A stretch of 64,000 nucleotides of DNA from Isurus oxyrinchus (taxonomy: Eukaryota): assembly GCA_026770705.1 (NCBI GenBank), contig JANJGN010000088.1, forward strand, positions 682,001-746,000, in the 5' to 3' direction. The first letter of the stretch is position 1. Every line of letters starts with the position of its first letter. A program made the position numbers and the translations under genes. Shown in pieces: positions 21,484 to 33,000 of the stretch. The notes beneath the pieces were generated by a model, which searched no databases, was not told where the DNA came from, and was given only the letters and a program-made list of their open reading frames with translations.

Positions 21484-24400
21484 TGTGAAGTGGGGCAATT
21501 GAAATAGTTTAAGGTTGAGATTGATGTTAAGACTTGCATTAAAGATTTGAAGTAGACAAATGTATTTCTTGAGAATTATTTCTAGACATGATGAGAAATA
21601 TAGTGTAACCACTATACCTTATCATTTCTGATGGACTGTGAATTAAAATTAAAATGGCTGCAGTTACAGGACATGTCCACTGGAACAGGATGAGGGATAT
21701 ATACAATATTGCAGTTCTGGAACAGAGTGTGCAATCAAAGACAGGATGGTGCCATAAAGGAGCCCTGGACCAAGGGAGCTGCCTGGCAACAGCAATTTAA
21801 TTGGCTCCTCACCAGGTTATGTGTGAAGTTAGTGTAGCTGAATAGCTCCTAGCTTGAAAAGAACAAGAACTAAACCCTCTTTCTCCTGTCTGTGGAAGGT
21901 TCCAGTAATTCCACAATAATAGCTAGCTGGTTTTCTCCTTTTTTCTCCATGTAACCTGCTCTCTCTGAAAACCCCTGACAAGAGGCAAAGGGGAAAGTCA
22001 CTGTTAGACACATTGAAAAACAAGTTCTCAACCAGTGAACTAAATACCGAAATTAATGGAAGACCACTTTGTGTCATCAACAAGAACTGAAAGGAATTTG
22101 GAAGACATTGATCAAAATTAACTCATTGAATCCTGTACTCCGGATTGGTGCTATCGAACTGTTTTATCCCACCCTTAAAATCCATCTTTTATGGATCTTA
22201 TGTGTCTTCTGTGTGTGCATGTGCGTATAGGGATTTAAGAAGGAGTTAGAGTTTAAGTTAGAGTGTTAGAAGGTAGCAGTTCATTTTTCCTTCTTTTGCC
22301 ATTAGTTAAGGACAATTTGTTCTATAAACAGTGATTTACTTATTCAGTTTACAAACCTGGTGCTCGTATTCTGTTAACCTAAATTAAACAGTTACATAGA
22401 ATTCGGGCAACCGGGTGGTTTGGTCAAACTTTTCATATTTGTCGCGTCTCAGGGAACAGTGGGGCTGGATATTACAGCACAGTCCCCAGTGAGTCATGAC
22501 AAAGTTAGAGGGCTCAGGTCCAGGGATAATTTGGAACAAAAGTGAATGACGATTTGGGTGTAGATTTAGGAAGTAATAAAAGCTAAAAGGAAACACCAGG
22601 TTTCTACTAGGGGTGGTTCTCCAAGGGGTGGTTCATTGGAATGGGCTCAAATCAAGTTGCAAATGGAAAAAAATGGAATTAGAGGCAGCAGAAAAGAAAG
22701 GGCATTTCAAAGGGAACAGGCAGAAAGGCAGGAGAGAGAAAGAAAACAAGAAAGGGGATTAGAAATGGTGAGGTTAGAAAAGGAGGAAAGAGAAAGAGAG
22801 AGAGACAGACAATTCCAGCTTAGAATGCTGGCTGTTAACAAAGGAACACCAGCAGGTGAGGCACGACTTATGTCCAGTTCAGGATCCAGAGGGGAGATCT
22901 TTAAATTTGCGCAAGCTCTTCCGAAGTTTGAGAGAAGGGATTTTGAAGCATTCTTCAATACATTTGAGAAGATGGCTAAACAGATGAACTGGCCAAAGGA
23001 AAACTGGACATTGCCCATAAAGAACAAATTGACAGGTAGAGCACAGGAAATTTATGCTTCACTGTCAGAGGAGGTTCCTAGGGATTATGATGCAGTGAGA
23101 AAGGCCATTTTGAGTGTAGATGAGAAGATCCCTGAAGCATACAGCCAAAAGTTTTGAAATTTAAGGAAACAGCCTCGGCAGCCTTACATTGAATTTGAAA
23201 GGATGAAGCAAAGTAGTTTTGAAAGGTGGATACGTGTTTTAGGAGTTGAAACTACCTATGGAGTTCTCAGACAGAACATTTTCTTGCAAGAATTTAAGAA
23301 CTCCCTACCTTGTGTAATAAGCACCCAGGTTGAAGACCAAAGGGTTTCAACTGCTGGACAGTCAGCAGTAATGGCTGACCATTATGAGCTGATCCATAAA
23401 ACTCTTTTCCTAAAACTTTTTTCCCATCACCCCATAAAATGTGAAGAGATTAGAAAGTAGGCAAGTGAAAGGAAGGTGAGTAGCCACAGTAAAGAATAGA
23501 TAGCTGGGAATACTTGAGATCTCCTCCGCTGATCAGGAAGGAAGGTACTGAGGGTGGAAGTGAAACTCAAAGGCCTAAGTGTTTCTATTGTAATAAAGTG
23601 GAACATATTTGTTCAGAATGCTGGAAGTTGTGAGAGAAGCCCATGGGAGTTACTGGGGTTTGTAAGAGTGAGTCCGGAAAGGGAACGAAAGAGAAAAGGC
23701 CGGGGATCAAGTTGTAGTTTTAACTACAAATAAGGGTCTGGAAGTAAACGCTGCTCTGAATGCAGGTGAAGTGAACGCAGATGAGAGATATAAAGGGGTT
23801 TTGTCTAAAGGAAAGATAACCCCTTTTTCATCAAATGTTGCAGCTAAATGTTGCAAGTGTTTCTTACGTGTCAATGCAGACTCGATGGGCCAAAGGGCCT
23901 CTTCTGCCCTGTGTGATTCTGTGATTCTGGGTAAACCCATAACCATATTAAGGGACACAGGAGCTACTCAAACTCTTTTGCTGGAGAAGGGCCTAGTTTT
24001 CCCTCCAGAGAATTCAATGAAAGCTAAAGTATTGTTAAATGGGATAAAAGGCCAGTTTCATTCCACAAAGTACAACTGGAATGATTTGTTGTCTGGATTG
24101 GTTGTTGTAGGAGTGGGTAAGAAATTATCTGTGGCTGGAGTTGATTTACTCCTGGGGAATGATTTGGCAGGAGTGAAAGTTATAGCTTCACACATAATTA
24201 CGTAAAGTCCGAGAGAAGCTAAAGAGATAGAGCAGTTACAAGAACAGGTTCCTGGCATTTTCCCATCATGTGCGGTGACCAGGGCAATGGCTAAACAAAG
24301 CCCATCACCAGAAGTCAAAGTAATACCACAACCAGATGTTAGCGTAGCTGAAACTTTCTTTAAGGATGAGGATAAGTGTTTGGCATGTCTTCATTAATTG

Positions 24401-24530
24401 ATGCTAAGGAAGCAGATCCAGAGTTAAACAAGTTAGCACAGTCAGCTCACACTGAAGTTGAGGCAAAGGGGAAAATCTCTGTTAGAGACATTGAAAAACA
24501 AGTTCTCAACCCATGAATTAAATACTGAAA

Positions 24531-24672
24531 ATGTTCTGAGTTCTGATGAAGAGTCATACGGACTCGAAACGTTAACTCTGTCTTCCTCTCCACAGACGTT
24601 GTCAGACCTGCTGAGCTTTTCCAGCGATTTTGGTTTTTATTTCAGATTTCCAGTATCCGCAGTATTTTGCTT
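24531..24672 (+). mobile_element. Penelope-derived short insertion with 13-bp TSD
   Basis: TTAAATACTGAAA at 24518-24530 and 24673-24685. The insertion is absent from the 5' LTR. Confidence 0.88.
24538..24578 (+). ncRNA. Minimal type I hammerhead ribozyme motif
   Basis: GAGTT-CTGATGA-A-GAGTC(ATACG)GACTC-GAAAC-GTT-AACTC: stem I 5 bp, stem II 5 bp, intact core, palindromic AACGTT. Confidence 0.8.
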
Positions 24673-24844
24673 TTAAATACTGAAATTGCTGGAAGACCAC
24701 TTTGTGTCAAGAACAAGAGCAGAAAGTAATTTGGAAGACATCGATCAAAATCAACCCATCCAATCCTGTACTCGGGATTGGTGCCATGGAACTGTCATAT
24801 CCCACCCTTAAAATCCATCTTTTGTTTCTTATGGGTCTTGCACG

Positions 24845-24848
<4 letters not shown>

Positions 24849-24914
<66 letters not shown>
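24849..24914. repeat. (TG)33 microsatellite
   Basis: Read directly. Confidence 0.97.
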
Positions 24915-24918
<4 letters not shown>

Positions 24919-25870
24919 GGGATTTCAGAAGGGGGTAGAGGTTAAGTTATCACGTTAGAGGTTAGCAGTTCATATTTCTTTCTTTGCCTACTAGTTAAAG
25001 ACAATTTGTTCTATAAACAGTCAATTAATAACAGTTACATCAGAAATTTACAAACCTGGTGCTCGTATTCTGTGAACCTAAATTAAACAGTTCGGTAGAA
25101 TTGGGGCAATCTGGTGGTTTGGTCAAACTTTTCACACTTGATGCAGCTCGGGGAAGAGTGGGCTTGATATTACAGTGCACTATCCCCAGTGAGTAGTGAC
25201 AATCGCCAGGACTGTGGGAACCAGCTAAGGATCACAAGCCATAAAATTAATGGCTTTCACAGCTTGTGTAAACAGGGTGTTAGGGAGATAAGGAAACAGG
25301 CAGGGAGTTATTAGGCCCAAACAATTCTGAGGCCAAATGCTGAGGTAAGAGGGAACATCTGCAATAATGCACCTCACTCTTGATAAGTTTAGGTGATGTA
25401 TGTATTCGGGCAATACCGGTGGGTGATTGTGGGTTGTACCACACAGTGTTTTGCTACTTGAGAACCAAGCACAATAAAACTGTGATACAGACTTTGCATT
25501 GTGAGAGATCCTTGGGAAACCAAGATGATCTTTCGAGCATATGCTTGAATAAAACCTGTACTCACTGGAAACTCACACACTTGAGTGGTCTCATCTTTTT
25601 ACCACAACAATTGGCGTAGTTGGCAGGACCCTCGCAATATCAGTCATGGGCACCGGATTCAACGTTAACAGCAGAGGATGGGTGAATACGCTCATTTCCC
25701 ACTCATTAGATCGGGTGGCCGTGTTTGAGATGGGAAGCGAGTGGGCTGACTTGAGGATCTGAACCAGAGTATGGGTCTGTCATTGGAGCAACTAAGCACA
25801 GTGTGGCGCAACTTGACCAATGGCCCTGCGGTAAATTGGTAGTACAGACCATTTCTTAGAGAGGGTTCTG

Positions 25871-26633
25871 AGAAAACGGGTGCAGTAAAACGGCATTGAC
25901 CATTTCCTTGTGTCCGGTGTAGTAAGAAAACTGGTGTGTTAAAATGGTATCGACTGTTTCCCAGTGTCTGGTGTAGTGAGAAAACTGGTGTGTTAAAATG
26001 GTATCGACTGTTTCCCAGTGTCTGGTGTAGTGAGAAAACCGGTGTGGTAAAATGGTATCGACTGTTTCCCAGTGTCTGGTGTAGTGAGAAAACCGGTGTG
26101 TTAAAATGGTATTGACCGTTTCCCAGTGTCTGGTGTAGTGAGAAAACCAGTGTGTTAAAATGGTATCGACTGTTTCCCAGTGTCTGGTGTAGTGAGAAAA
26201 CCGGTGTGTTAAAATGGTATCGACCGTTTCCCAGTGTCTGGTGTAGTGAGAAAACCGGTGTGTTAAAATGGTATTGACCGTTTCCTAGTGTCTGGTGTAG
26301 CGGGAAAACCAGTGCAGCAAAACGGTATTAACCATTTCCTACTGTTTGGTGTAGTGGGAAAACCGGTGTGGTAAAATGGTATAAACCATTTCCTAGTGTC
26401 TGGTGTCGTGAGAAAACCAGTGCGGTTAAACGGTATTGACCATTTCCTAGTGTCTGGTGTAGTGGGAAAACCGGTGCGGTATAACGGTATTAACATTTCC
26501 TAGTGTCCGGTGTAGTGGGAAAACCGGTGCAGTAAAACGGTATTGACCATTTCCTAGTGTCCGGTGTAGTGAGAAACCTGGTGCAGTAAAACGGAATTGA
26601 CCATTTCCCAGTGTCCAGTGTAGTGGGAGAACC
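25871..26633. repeat. 54-bp tandem repeat, ~14 copies, in the ERV leader
   Basis: Unit AGAAAACCGGTGTGTTAAAATGGTATCGACTGTTTCCCAGTGTCTGGTGTAGTG. Confidence 0.96.
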
Positions 26634-26725
26634 CTGGAACAGGGAGGAACTTGTCTCCTTGTGAGAAAGCAATAATAGTAGTCGGACTATAAACATAACA
26701 TCAGCCATGCCAGACTAAAATTTAG

Positions 26726-26749
26726 AAGAGAGAGAGAGAGAGAGAGAGT

Positions 26750-26783
<34 letters not shown>
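26726..26783. repeat. (GA)n microsatellite
   Basis: Read directly. Confidence 0.95.
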
Positions 26784-26787
<4 letters not shown>

Positions 26788-29349
26788 CCTCTAGGGGTTG
26801 TTGGTGTTGTGAGCTTCAGTCGTTTTAATTGTCCCTGTAACTCTTTTAGAGTCCCTGTAGGTGGACGGCTAGAAGATCCCTTTACCCTGCACTGCTACTT
26901 GACGTTTCATTTAGAGTATGAACGTTTTAAGTTACTAAGACAAATGTTATAAGAATGGAAGTATACATATCTTTCTACATATGTGTGTTTGCGCGCAATG
27001 CAGAATTTGTGTCTTAGCTTTAATGTGTTTTCTTACCTTAATTGTCATTTGTGTGTGGAGTGCAGCGCTTTGAGTTAAAAGCCTCAGATTATGAATTGCA
27101 TGAAAGGAAAGTATACTCAAACATTACAATTCAAGTTAGAAGGTTTGAGTTGAGATTTCTGGCCAAAAATCACAAGTCGAACATACTCTAAAGATATAAC
27201 AGGGTTTTCCGTTGTTTGAGACAAACCAGCCTTTGCCCCACCCTCTTGCAGACTAGCACGGAATTAACTCTTTCCACCAGCAGCTTCAGCTTTCAGGATG
27301 CTGAATTAATCCATTCCACCTCAAACAGAATGGACCCTTCTACTTTTATTTAGAGATAAATAGAAATGTCACAAGATTTCTAGCAGCTTTAAGAATCTAA
27401 GAATTTATGTGTAGATTTTCAATGCCACAGCATACCCATGGTTTAGAGGCTTTACTTTACTTTTTTAAAAAAATGGATTTCATCCATTCAGGCCAGGAGA
27501 TCCGATACAAACACACTGACCAATGAGAATCAGACCTTTAGGAAGTTACTTTTGAAAAACTATGATGCCATCTAAGATAAAGAATATGTGTTGATAAACA
27601 TGTGGGACTTTCAATGTGGATACAAATTCATACACATCAGAGAGGGGCAGTTTTTATTTTGATCGTGTAAATTACAATTCTTACAAAGTTTAAAAATTTG
27701 AGGTTTGGTTCCTGTAAAGGAAAGGGAATTCAAATGCTGCAAACTTCTGTGGTGAAGAAAAGGAGTTTAAAATGCACTTGTCAGTCTGTTCCCAAAATAT
27801 ACAGATAAGCCTGAATCCTTGATGAAGTTTGGCAGAAATCCAATTTTTGGCAGAGTGAAAGAAAGTAGCTCAACAATACTGCTATTTGAATCTGGGATAA
27901 TTTTAAAATGAAGAAAAGGTCAGACACAAGCTAGTGGGTTACTTTTGAGAAAACAAAATGTTGTTTAAGGGTAAGAAGACAAAGAAGCAGAACAGGTTAA
28001 GGTCTGAAATCAAATAGAAATGTGCGATTTCTGTTTTAAAAATAATACTTCATTGGAGTGTAAAGTCTCTCCAGACATCTCCCAGAACTCAGGCTGTAAA
28101 CATTTTGCGCATCAATCGCATTACCCCTGCTGATGGTATAGGTTAAATTAGATTTGGTGATGTGAGGCCGGCAAGAGGTGCTGACACTCCCCTTGGGTTC
28201 AAACAGCCAAGATGCCATTGTGCATTGCAAGAGGACTATGGATTTGGTAGGTGGAATGTAGTCCCAGGTCTGAGACTTGTATATTACTTGTGTCCCATTG
28301 TAACTTCCTGATAACACAACTTGAACAAACAATGACTGCTGGTAGTGACCCTACCAGAAATCCAAACGCTCGGTTTCCTTATTCACTCTCTGCTCCCTCC
28401 TTTAGGTAGCTGCACATACTGTCCTGCATGCAGACAGAATGAGATAAGATGGTAACTATTGCATGTATGCAACGGTATGAGGAAATGATTAAGGTAGGGG
28501 ATAGAGTTAGGAAAAGAGGGTATAATATACAAACTTTTTAAGAGAACTGAATTGGATCATCTGGCCATCGCCTGAGACATTGCAGTTGTACACTCGGGGA
28601 TAAGCAAAGATTGAGAGACAGAGACCCCCTTTGACATGACATAATTAATGTGACCTAAAGAGTAAGGAAACATTTTTAAATCATGAAGGAAATAGAGAAA
28701 CTGATTTTAAGAGAATCTTCAGATGATCATGGTCAGAGGGAATTAAGTCTTTTTTAAAATAAAACTATAAAGAATCTGTGGTTGAGGCAATTGCAGTGGA
28801 AGGAGGAATAATACTTAACAACAATTTACTACAAGGCGGATACAGGTAAAGGGAGAGCTGGAAAAAGGATGGGTAAATGTGTTACTGACCATATCAAGCT
28901 ACAACAAGGAATACCACATGATTAAAACCATGATGAGAGAAACAGTTAAGTGGCTTTGAGAGGGAAGTGCCACTAGAAGTGAAGATATTGGACCATTGAA
29001 AGATAGGATAAGAATGTGCATTGTAGAGATGTGTAGACAGTTTCAGGAATTGAGGTCCAAGGTGAGACAGCAGCAGGATATAGCGGACTGGGCAAGAAGT
29101 GAGGGGGAGCAGCTCCCCCAGGACGTGCCAGAAGTAAGTGATAAGGTAATGATTAAGTGGGCACCAGAATGACCGGGATCTACCCTGCAATGGTAAGGGC
29201 CTTACCAGATAGTAATGACCAGTGATACGTGTGCATGTTTGGAAGCATTCGCCACAGGTGAAAGCTTGAATCTCACAGTCTGTTTCTGTCAGCAGGTAAG
29301 CAACTAGCAGCTTGTTTAACTATTTTGTTTCAGACAAATCCTCAAAACA

Positions 29350-31000
29350 ATGGCAATCTGGAGGACAACAGCAGCAGTAATCACCCTCTTAACAATAACA
29401 GCAGCAAGGAGGGGTGCCCATTGTAAACACCAATAAAACCACCTGTCTACATGCAGGACAGTATGTGCAGCTACCTAAAGGAGGGAGCAGAGAGTGGATA
29501 AGGAAACCGAGCATTTGGATTTCTGATAGGGTCACTACCAGTAGTCACTGTTTATTCAAGTTGTGTTATCAGGAAGTTACAATGGGACACAAGTAATATA
29601 CAAGTCCCAGACCCGGGACTACATTCCACCTGCCAAATCCATAGTCCTCTTGCAATGCACAATGGCATCTTGGCTGTTTGAACCTGAGGGATGTGTCAGT
29701 ACCTCTTGCTGGTGGCACATCACCAAATCTAATTTAACCTATACCCTCGGCATGGGTAATGTGATTGATGTTTAAAGTGTTTGCAGCCTGAGTTCCGGGC
29801 TGGATAAATAGTATTTAGCATGCAGGGAAACTGGGAATGGTAGTATTAATATCTTCAAGTTTAAGACAACAGTGAACATCATGCCAGATGGACTAATCTT
29901 CCCCCATTTGCTTGGGAACTGGGACTGGATGTGCAATACTGTCAAGAACGTCGTATAGACATTATTGATCGGCTTGGCCCAAGCAATACGTGGTGTGTTA
30001 ATTTGTCAACTTGCAGGTAACATAAACCCACCAAATGCCCAGCTATCATGTCACAGCCCCCAGATGGGATAGTTAAAATAGAGAAACCTAAAGTAGTGTT
30101 ACATGATGTCACGATGGAGACCCTAGGAGTGACCTATTATGTGACGGGGCTCTTCCCAACCCTATTGCATGTGGCAATATTGCAGAATCCACTGGCTAGG
30201 TGAAACAAAAATTACTCCATTTGATGCAAGATTACCAAACCCGCATTGCCCCAGGAATTCAGGATATCAGGAAGGGGAGAAGGAAGAGGCGGAGCTTCTT
30301 GGGGGATCGCAGGCACTTGTTGGGAAATGCCAATTCAGCCCTGAATTCACTGCAAATCTCCAATATGAACGATTATGCCTCTTGGGTAGCGGGAGGAGTG
30401 CAGTTCACAGCAAGGTCAACTGAGTACACGCTTACAACTGTACAGGTCCATGGAGAAGGTATAATGGAAAAGTTAAAACTATTATTCCAGGCTATTATTA
30501 ATGTAACAGATTCACAGTCAAAGGGGAGGGCATGTGACATGCTGGCCCATGGCCTGATAGATAACGTTTGGTCTGATAACGAAGATATAAGATTTTGTAC
30601 TGTGCCTTGACGCACATATCAGACTGTGGGGAAATTAGTCCTTACCAATTTACAGGAAGAACAACAGGAATTAGTAGCTACACAGCCCCTAACAGGAGGC
30701 AAGGGAGACACAACAAAATTTCTGATGAATATATCACAGCAACATATTTCTGGAAGATACCGGTGGGGAGGATGGGTGGGGGGTGGTGGAGATATAAATT
30801 TGAATCCCTGAGCGTGGGAAAGAGGGCATGGGTGCACCAGGTAGGATCCTGGGGATATCTGGTTCCAGGCTCGAATAGCACCCTTCTAATGACAGCATGG
30901 GAATGTTGTACTGAATCACAGCATTACATAATCTGCTTCTGTAATACCCTGAGGTCTATCAGTAATGATTCTACCATGGTGATGTCAGTTAGCCCTCTTG
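29350..31000 (+). pseudogene. env: env-like glycoprotein pseudogene
   Basis: Acceptor ttttgtttcag at 29333, signal-like MAIWRTTAAVITLLTITAA, multiple N-glycan sites and Cys, furin site RRKRR (30278-30292) followed by SFLGD..LGNANSALNSLQI. Stops and frameshifts are present. Confidence 0.7.
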
Positions 31001-31062
31001 AAGGAACCAACAAAGCATCAAACCTCTCCTACAGAGTGATGCTTTCTGACAGACAAGACAAG

Positions 31063-31468
31063 ATTCTGGTCAATGGTTACTCCCAGGATGTTGATAGTGA
31101 AGGAATTCAGTGATGGTCATGCCATTGTCAGGGGGCGATAGTTAGATTCTCTCTTGCTGGAGATAGTTATTGCCTGCTACTTGTGTGGCACGAACGTTAC
31201 TTGCTATTGTCAACCCAAGCCTGGATATTGTCCAGGTGTTGCAATGTTTGAACATTGGCAGCTTCATTATCAGTGTAGTTGTGAATGGTGCTGAATGTTG
31301 TGCACTCGTCAGCAAACATCCCTACTTCTGACCTTATGATGGAAAGAAGCTTATTGATGCAGCAGCTGAAGATGGTTGGGCCTAGAACACTATCCTGGAA
31401 CTGAGATGCTTGAACTCCAACAAGCATAACCATCTTCCTTTGTGCCACGTACGATTCCAACCAGTGGA
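31063..31468 (-). mobile_element. tRNA-headed-family LINE RT fragment
   Basis: SVLGPTIFSCCIN.L.SIIRSEVGMFADEC. Confidence 0.85.
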
Positions 31469-31482
31469 CAAATTGAAGTTAA

Positions 31483-32990
31483 AAGTAAATAAAAGGTGTG
31501 GCATGGGCCCCAGTTATGCCTGTCTTTTTGTGCGACATGTGGGACATTCCTTCATCCAGTTCTACTCAGGTCCCGTCCCACAACTATTTTTTCATTACAT
31601 TGGAGACTGTTTCGGTGCTGCTCCATGCTCTCGTCTGGATCTGGAAAAATTTATCGATTTTGTTTCCAATTTCCACCCCTCTCTCACCTTCATCTGGTCC
31701 ATCTCCGACACTTCCATTTCCTTCCTCAACCTCACTGTCTCCATTTCTGGCAATAGACTGCCCACCAATATTCATTACAAGCCCACCAACTCCTACAGTT
31801 ACCTTGACTACAGCTCCTCACACTCTGCTTCCTGTAAGGACTCCATCCCATGCTTCCAGTTCCTCTGTCTCCGTCGCATTTGTTCCAATGATGCTACATT
31901 CCAAAACCACGCCTCTGAAGTGCCTTCCTTTTTCCTTAACCGAGGGTTCCCGCCCACTGTGGTTGACAGGGCCCTCAACCGTGCCTGACTCATCTCCTGC
32001 ACATCTGCCCTCACCCCGTTCCCTCCCTCCCAGAAACAAGAGTGTCCCCCGTGTCCTCACTTTTCACTTCCACCATTTCCACCAACTCCAGCATGATGCC
32101 ACCACCAAACACATCTTCCCCTCATCTCTCCATCTCCCCACCACCCCCGTCAGCATCCCATTGGGGCTGTTCCCTCCTTCCCTGGCCCATTGCTTCATTA
32201 CCCCCAACTCTTCATCGCCTTCACATGGCACCTTCCCATGCAATCACACAAGATACACCATCTGACCCTTTGTCTCTTCCCTCCTCACCACCCAAAGTCC
32301 TTTCAGGTGAAGTAGCGCATCACTTGCACCTCCTTCAATTTGGGCTACTGTATATGCTGCTCCCAATGTGGTCTACTCTACATCAGAGAGACTAAAAGCA
32401 GACTGGGTGACCGATTGGACACTTTGTAGTCTTCTGGACTTAACATTGCGTTCAACAACTTCAGACCTTTCCTCCATTCTTATCCCTTTATAAATTCAAT
32501 TTTTACATTTTTAAAAGTTGCCATTTTTAAAAATGTATTTATTCATTGTTTTTCAATTTTTTATTTTATTTCATCCCTTTCATCATTTTTCCCCGAACAG
32601 CTCCCCTCCACCCCCACCGCTCACAGGGCTATCTGTCACTTGTTTCGCTGTTGTGCATTCACGGAGTACTGACCCTTGTTCTGCTGTTAAAACATTCTGT
32701 CATCTCACCTTTATGCCACTGTCAGCACCATTAGTCTTTAGCACTACCATTAACACTCCCTTTGTCTTGTGTCCATGTCATCTTTGTCAACTTCTCCTGA
32801 GCTCCCACCTAACCCTGATCTTCTATTTTGCTCCAACTGCTCCACTCACTCTTAAACAGGACAAAATCCACCACATTTATACTTCTCTTTAACTCTAAAG
32901 AGTAGACATGTGGACTTGAAACATTATCTCTCTCCGCAGATGCTGCTAGACCTGCTGAGATTTTCAAGCATTATCCTTCTTTATGTCCAC
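31483..32990 (+). mobile_element. Penelope-like element (RT C-terminal part plus GIY-YIG), 5'-truncated, 10-bp TSD
   Basis: GMGPSYACLF..FFHYIGDCF..FHPSLTF..HYKPTNS..YLDYSSSH..KDSIP and CTSFNLGYCICCSQCGLLYIRETK. TTGAAGTTAA at 31473-31482 and 32991-33000. Confidence 0.92.
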
Positions 32991-33000
32991 TTGAAGTTAA

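Larger units (their letters stand above)
21484..25201 (+). mobile_element. Gmr1-like Gypsy LTR retrotransposon with SCAN-domain gag, internally deleted
   Basis: 5' LTR ~21484-22501 (TG...TGACA) and a degenerate tRNA-Pro-like PBS at ~22505-22527. gag FEAFFNTFEKMAKQMNWP..LTGRAQ..PEAYSQKF, CCHC at ~23580, protease LRDTGAT. A partial 3' LTR at 24460-25201 aligns with 21982-22501. Confidence 0.9.
25213..31050 (+). mobile_element. Endogenous retrovirus-like relic: 5' LTR, PBS, repeat-rich leader and decayed env; no recognisable gag/pol or 3' LTR
   Basis: LTR ~25213-25609 (TGTGG...CCACAACA, AATAAA at 25548). PBS TGGCGTAGTTGGCAGGAC (25612-25629) is 16/18 to the tRNA-Ser 3' end. env-like frames at 29350-31000. 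Confidence 0.8.
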
